A stretch of DNA of 64,000 bases, taken from the NCBI RefSeq assembly GCF_009914755.1, contig NC_060942.1. The stretch is one strand, 5' to 3'. Numbering within the stretch: position 1 is the first letter of the stretch; the number at the start of each line of letters is the position of its first letter. A program made the translations under genes and the position numbers. This document shows positions 55,964 to 64,000 of the stretch, in pieces. Source of the DNA: the human T2T-CHM13v2.0 reference genome, Homo sapiens. The notes beneath the pieces are model-generated. The model saw nothing but the letters and a program-made list of their open reading frames with translations. It did no database searches and was not told the DNA's origin.

Positions 55964-57245
55964 AGCTAGAAAATACTTTGGGAAGGCTGATTCATATTCA
56001 TATGTGGAAAAGACTATTTGGTAAGGGGTTGGATAAGTCTTTCATATTAATGCTGAAGTCATATAGTAAGACTGCAGAAGTTGAAATGGAGAAGAAAAAT
56101 ATGAGTCCAATAGTAATATGCAAATTAAGATTGCAATATTTAACACTAGCCTAATTAATACATCAAGTCAATATATTAACAAAAATGATATTGGATTGAC
56201 TATTCCTTTGGATTTTTCATGCTGTTACGTCCCTCTGTTAGCATGGATCAAGAGCTGACTCCTTTCCAATATACTTTGTCAAGTTGTTAGGGGGAGCAGG
56301 AGGGAGAAAGAAAGAGAAACGGATTTGAAATGTGTTTCCTTTCTTTTCTTTTTCTCCATCCTTTGACGGAGGCACCAAAAAAGTAATTATGAGGCCAAAA
56401 AGTAGACAACAGTAAAAAGCAAAGAGAGAAGATAGAGCGTATATAAACTATATCATCAGCTCTTGAATAACCAAACTTATCAGAAGATATAATTTTCAGG
56501 TGTTAAAAATGTATCTGTCATGCTCCTTAGCAGAATAATTTGGAGACGTTCTTACCAGACATTTATAGTTTGCAGAAGAGCTGTCAAAAATAACTCAGCT
56601 ATATGAACACTTCAACTGTACAATGAAAAAAAAGTGTGACTCTAAAAGGAATCTGGGTGCATGTTTTCAAAAGTAAAATTTGAATCTCAGCCTAAAATCT
56701 AAAATGCATTTTGACTCAGAATTTTTTTAAGAGGGAAAAAGAAAGAAGACCCCTTGAACAATTATGCATAACTAAAATATTGAGCTTTTTAAATGATTTG
56801 AACTTCAGCTAGAAACATTCTGTTTCTAATGCATTTTGACATAAAGACATCAGAAGTGAAAGAATAGCATGTGCAAAGATTTGCATGAACACAAAGGTTT
56901 AATGGGAAGAAAAAAAAATAAGAAATGCCCCTGATTTCTTAAGGTGGAAGTGTGCAGAATTTCCTTTGTCTTTCACTCACTCAACCCTGGCTCACCTTGC
57001 AGCAATATACATGATTGGTCAGGTCTCTGTGACTCCACTGGTCTTGAACTCCTGTGGCTATTTCTACTAAGTGGGGATGAGCTAGACTGGAGCAGGTCTA
57101 GATGAAGATCTGTTTTTCCTATAGAAAACCACCTGCACTTCTTACAGAGCTAGTGTGACTTATACAACCTTTGAATGACTCACTTTTCAGATACTTTGGA
57201 TCTTTGAAATATAATATTCTCAGCCACTAAAAAAGACTGAATTCA

Positions 57246-57563
57246 GCTAGGCACGGTGGCTCACGCCTGTAACCCCAGCACTTTGGGAGGCTGAGGCGGG
57301 TGGATCACGAGGTCAGGAGTTCAAGGCCAGCCTGGCCAAGATAGTGAAACCCCCCCCCTCCCCCATCTCTACTAAAAATACAAAAATTAGCTGGGTGCGG
57401 TGGCAGGTGCCTGTAATCCCAGCTACTCAGGAGGCTGGGGCAGGAGAATCACTTGAACCTTGAACCCAGGCAGCGGAGGTTGCGGTGAGCCGAGATCATG
57501 CCGCTACACTCCAGTCTGGGAAACAGAGTGAGACTCCATCTCAAAAAAAAAAAAAAAAAAAAA
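57246..57563 (+). mobile_element. Alu SINE (AluSg-like)
   Basis: Complete Alu with an expanded C-run near 57350-57365; ctgaattc on both flanks. Confidence 0.95.
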
Positions 57564-57814
57564 GGGCTGAATTCTGAAATTTTGGCCTCATTTTGAGAGT
57601 TGTCTCTTCTACCAAACTTCATTTGTGCAGACTGCATTAAGTAGGGTCCAAAGTCCTTAGACTCCAGATCCTAAAACCTGCCTTCCATCCCAGACTTGGA
57701 ATGGCATTTCTGATAAGGGAGAGACCAATGTAGTTCATACTGCAGGTGAATTTCTTTGACCATTGTGAGTTCCTGGAACTCACGGACAAAGGAGCTGGCC
57801 CTCATAGGTGATAG

Positions 57815-58156
<342 letters not shown>

Positions 58157-58724
58157 TAAATCACCTAGATCTTCTTACCTCTTCATCAAATGATGATGGT
58201 GACTCTTAGGAGGAGAAAGCAGCGCTATAAATGGGAGTGGGACCAAACCAAATCTCTGCAGGCCATTCACCATTTCTGGAAATGGCTGTGAGGCTATAAA
58301 TATCCAAGGGCTCCTGATGAAAATTTTAAAGAGCAAGACAATTTAAAAAATGTTTACATACCTTGTCATGTACAATGGGAGCATAAGCCCCATATACTCT
58401 CACTGCGGATTTCTCTTATCGCTAAGTCAGTTACAGAGGGACCCACCCTGTAGCATTTAAATAGATTGCAGTCCTCATTAATTTGTTTACCTGTATCCAA
58501 GAGTAAATTGGAGCAGAAGTATTTACACCTCTTTGGAATTACTTTATTGTGTTTCCTACTGAGTGGGCACAGAGTAAATATTTTTTCCTCATTTGTTAAG
58601 ATGAGGAAGGTAATCATTCCCACCTTTATAGTGAACGTGAAAATATGAGAGGAGTTAAAATATGTAACGTTCCTAGCATATGGAAGGTGCTTAATAATTA
58701 TTAGTATTAGTAATTACTAATCAG

Positions 58725-58985
58725 TATTAGAGGCAGCCGCACCTGGAGACTAAGAGCAAAGACTGGAAGCTTGAATGCACAGATCAACTCCTGGCTCAGC
58801 CACTCACCATATGTGAACCTGGGCAAGTTACTTTATCTCTCCGCACTTCCATCTCCTCATCTAAAACATGGGGATGCCAGTAATATCACCCTCTTAGGTG
58901 ATGGATGAGGATTACACAAGTAATATCTTGCAAAGCCCTTGAAAAACAGTCTGGCACTTAGAGGCATTGTATTGGTGTTACATAT
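58725..58985 (+). mobile_element. MIR SINE
   Basis: ctcctggctcagccactcac...ctgggcaagttactttatctctc...ctcctcatctaaaacatggggat...gaggattacac. Confidence 0.8.
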
Positions 58986-59476
58986 TCAGTACTTACAACA
59001 ACCCTCTGAGGTGGTTTTCCTCACCCACATTGTATAGATAATGAAACCAAAGCTTTGGGGTCACACAATTAACAGTGGGTCTCTATTTCTAAGCAACCAG
59101 AAGAACCAAGTCATTTCACGACCCCACATGAGAGGACTTCACATGGGTCTTCAGCAGCATAGACACTGTTCCATTCCCTGGCAGCACGTGACTGCCTAAG
59201 ACTGGGTTATTATCTTTACTAGTATTCCTGATCACTTTTGGCATCAAGTGCTCTCAACCCAGAGCATGGTAGACGCTGGAGGTTAACAGCACTTTCTTCT
59301 GTTGATTTGATTAAATAAACAGGAAAGCAGGCCTCTTATGGTCCATATCTCTGGGAAACTGGCAGTAAGTGGATTGCACCAGATAACAAGGTCTGCTTTC
59401 TTTCTCCTCCCTGCCCCACAGCCCAGGAAGAAACAGACGGCTCGGAGGTGCTGATCCTTCCAGCTGTCCCCGTTGA

Positions 59477-59846
<370 letters not shown>

Positions 59847-61349
59847 TGAGAAACTAACAGCAAGACCAGAGGCGATTCCAAGTTTACTTGCCAATGTGTG
59901 TCACTGCCATCTGCTGGATGGAATGGGTATCAGACCGGGTCCCGTGTTTCTTCTCAGTGTTAATACGCAAATTCAGTGACTCCCATTGTGGGGGTTCAGA
60001 ACCTAGTGGTGCATTTGCATCATTTCATAGCATAAGTGTCTGCAGATTTTGGAAATCCCATGACAACTGTGCACAGGACGACCTCCACATGAGTAATCAA
60101 AAGGCAAAACAGGACCATCTTTGAGGCAACGTCCTACTTAGCATCAATGCTTCCCCAGATCAAATTTGATCTGTTCCCAAATGATTGATCTAATTGGTTA
60201 GAAAAAGCCCATAACCAGCAGGTGAGGGTATCTGGTAGAACTTGGGTCCTCTTGTCAATGGCAAAAAGTACTTACAGGGAAGTGAAATCAACATCTGGCT
60301 TTATTCTTGCGTCCCCTGAAATTATGTGTTCATGTATCCAACAGTTATTTATTGAGCACTTATCCTGTGTGCCAGGCACTGTATTAAGGAACTGAGAAAG
60401 CAAAGGTGAATAAACACAGTCCCTGCTCTTAACAATATATGGATATTTTCTGAGTGCTTATTTTGTGCTAGGCATATACATCCTGTTACATCTCATTTTA
60501 TTCTCTGAACAACTCTAGGACTATTATTATCTCCTTTACAATGATCTCATATTATTATCTCATTTGTAGTTCAGAAAACTGAAGCTTAGAGAGATTCAGT
60601 AATTTAACCAAGAAAATACAGCACAGACAGAGATGGAGTGGGATTTGCATATGGGGTGGTGGGAATGGATGGGTAGGATAGAGAAGGATCAGTACCATGG
60701 ACCAATGTAGCTTTTTCTCCCCCTCACATAGAAAGTCTGGGTCTTTTGTTTTACACACATTTTCTGTTCCATTGGCTACAAATTTCCAGCAAAGTGAAAG
60801 TGCTACAAAAACAAGTCAGTGATGATAGCAGTAGATGCTTTGGAAAGATTTATCAGGAAGAATATCCCTTCCTCTAGCCAGCATTTGAAATCTATCTCGT
60901 TAACATTCTCTTCAGTTCATAACTCTTCTTCTTAATAGCAGCGTTGGTGTCGGCAGCAAGGGCTGAATTGTTGTCAGTTCCCATTGGATAGAAAACAAAT
61001 CCCTATTTTGGTCAGCATGACAGAGTACTTGTGAGCAAACGATTTGCTCAGCAAGAGATAGAGACCAATTCACATGTTCTGATCACAACAATCTCTCACA
61101 ACAATCTCACACTGTTTTTGTTTTTTTTCTTTCTCTCTTGGCATAACAGCAGGGTGCTGGTGTGGCAGGGAGATACAGAGGTGGGGGCGAAGAGAGAACA
61201 GGAGGAATGGAAGCCGGTGGCAGAACAAGCAAGCCCTTTGCCAAGTGCCCTTGAAAAGGGCTTAAATAGTATGTCCTGGACAGAAAGGACTATGGGTGTA
61301 GATGAGAAAGCAGAACGGCTAATGGGGGCTAATGGCAGGGTTTTGTAGT

Positions 61350-63065
<1,716 letters not shown>

Positions 63066-64000
63066 TGACTATAATAGCCTTCCAAGGGCTATGCTTCATC
63101 CATCTGGGTCCCTCTGACCACTTCCCAGAGTGCCAGCAGAGTTATTCTTTCCAAACACCAATCTGATTACTGCTGCCCCTCTCCCAATCCTCCCCATCAC
63201 TTACTCTTGGGTGAAGACCAGGTGCCTGTCCCTGCAGTCTGCATCACTGCTTCCTCCGTCTCTTACTCCAGCCAGTTAAGCCCTGAGTTCCTCCCCCTTT
63301 GCTAAGCCTCTCCTGGCTTGGTAAAATACTGTTCCTTCTTTTTTCTCCCTGGAACTTCGTCTCTGTTCTGTCTCTCTTGCCCAGGCCCCTTCATCCTTTA
63401 GATCTCAGTGTGTGGCACTTCTGACCCTGGTCCAGGCCATTTTGGCCCTCTTTAAGTTAATGCTACCAGAACCCCATATTCCTTTTCCTTCAAAGCACTC
63501 ATCTCTGTCAGTTGTTCAATTATTCGATGAATGTCTGCCTCTCTGTCTGGACTATAAGCTCCATGAGATTGGAGGCTCTGAATGCTTTTTCTCACCATTG
63601 TGTCTCCAGCATTTAACACAGTAGTTCCTATACAGCAAGCACAAATATTTGTTCAATGAATGAATGAATGGACCTAATGAACACAGGCTTATTATGCTTA
63701 AAGGATAATCTGTTTTGTTTTCTTCAGTTATCTCAAACCAAACTCATCAACAAGCAAAACATTATTTACATCTAGCATGTTTTTATGAATGAAAAGCCAG
63801 AGCGAGTTGTGTCTCACTTCTGCATGAGTAAGCTATTAAAATAAGCATACATGCTTGCATCCAAAAATTTCATTTTTATTCCCAAGATAGTTCGTCCTAA
63901 AGATGGAGCAAATAAATGCTCTGTTTGCTTGGGAAATTATAAACTGCAGTCCAAAAGAAGGTTCAGAAATGCAGTTTAATAAACACTAAATAAAAACGTT

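Overview
Primate, human-like genomic DNA that is dense in interspersed repeats and looks intergenic or intronic. I find no intact protein-coding gene. The only gene-derived feature is a full-length processed pseudogene of CIAPIN1 (anamorsin/Dre2) at about 9356-11393. It has a 15-bp target-site duplication (TSD), a poly(A) tail and two 1-nt frameshifts, and it sits inside an old antisense L1. The rest comprises about 27 Alus, several L1 and L2 fragments, MIRs, a complete THE1 (MaLR) element, solo LTRs (MER4, MLT1, MLT2), DNA-transposon fossils (Charlie1, Tigger3a, MER5A, MER96B, MADE1, MADE2), a tRNA-like relic and a 730-bp polypurine repeat. The most unusual structure is an approximately 165-bp inverted copy of an L2 segment. 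It was pasted into a MIR about 1 kb from its template and later split by an Alu, which looks like a fossil templated-insertion repair scar. I find no convincing new multi-gene system. Repeat subfamily names come from recalled consensus sequences, and boundaries of old elements are approximate.
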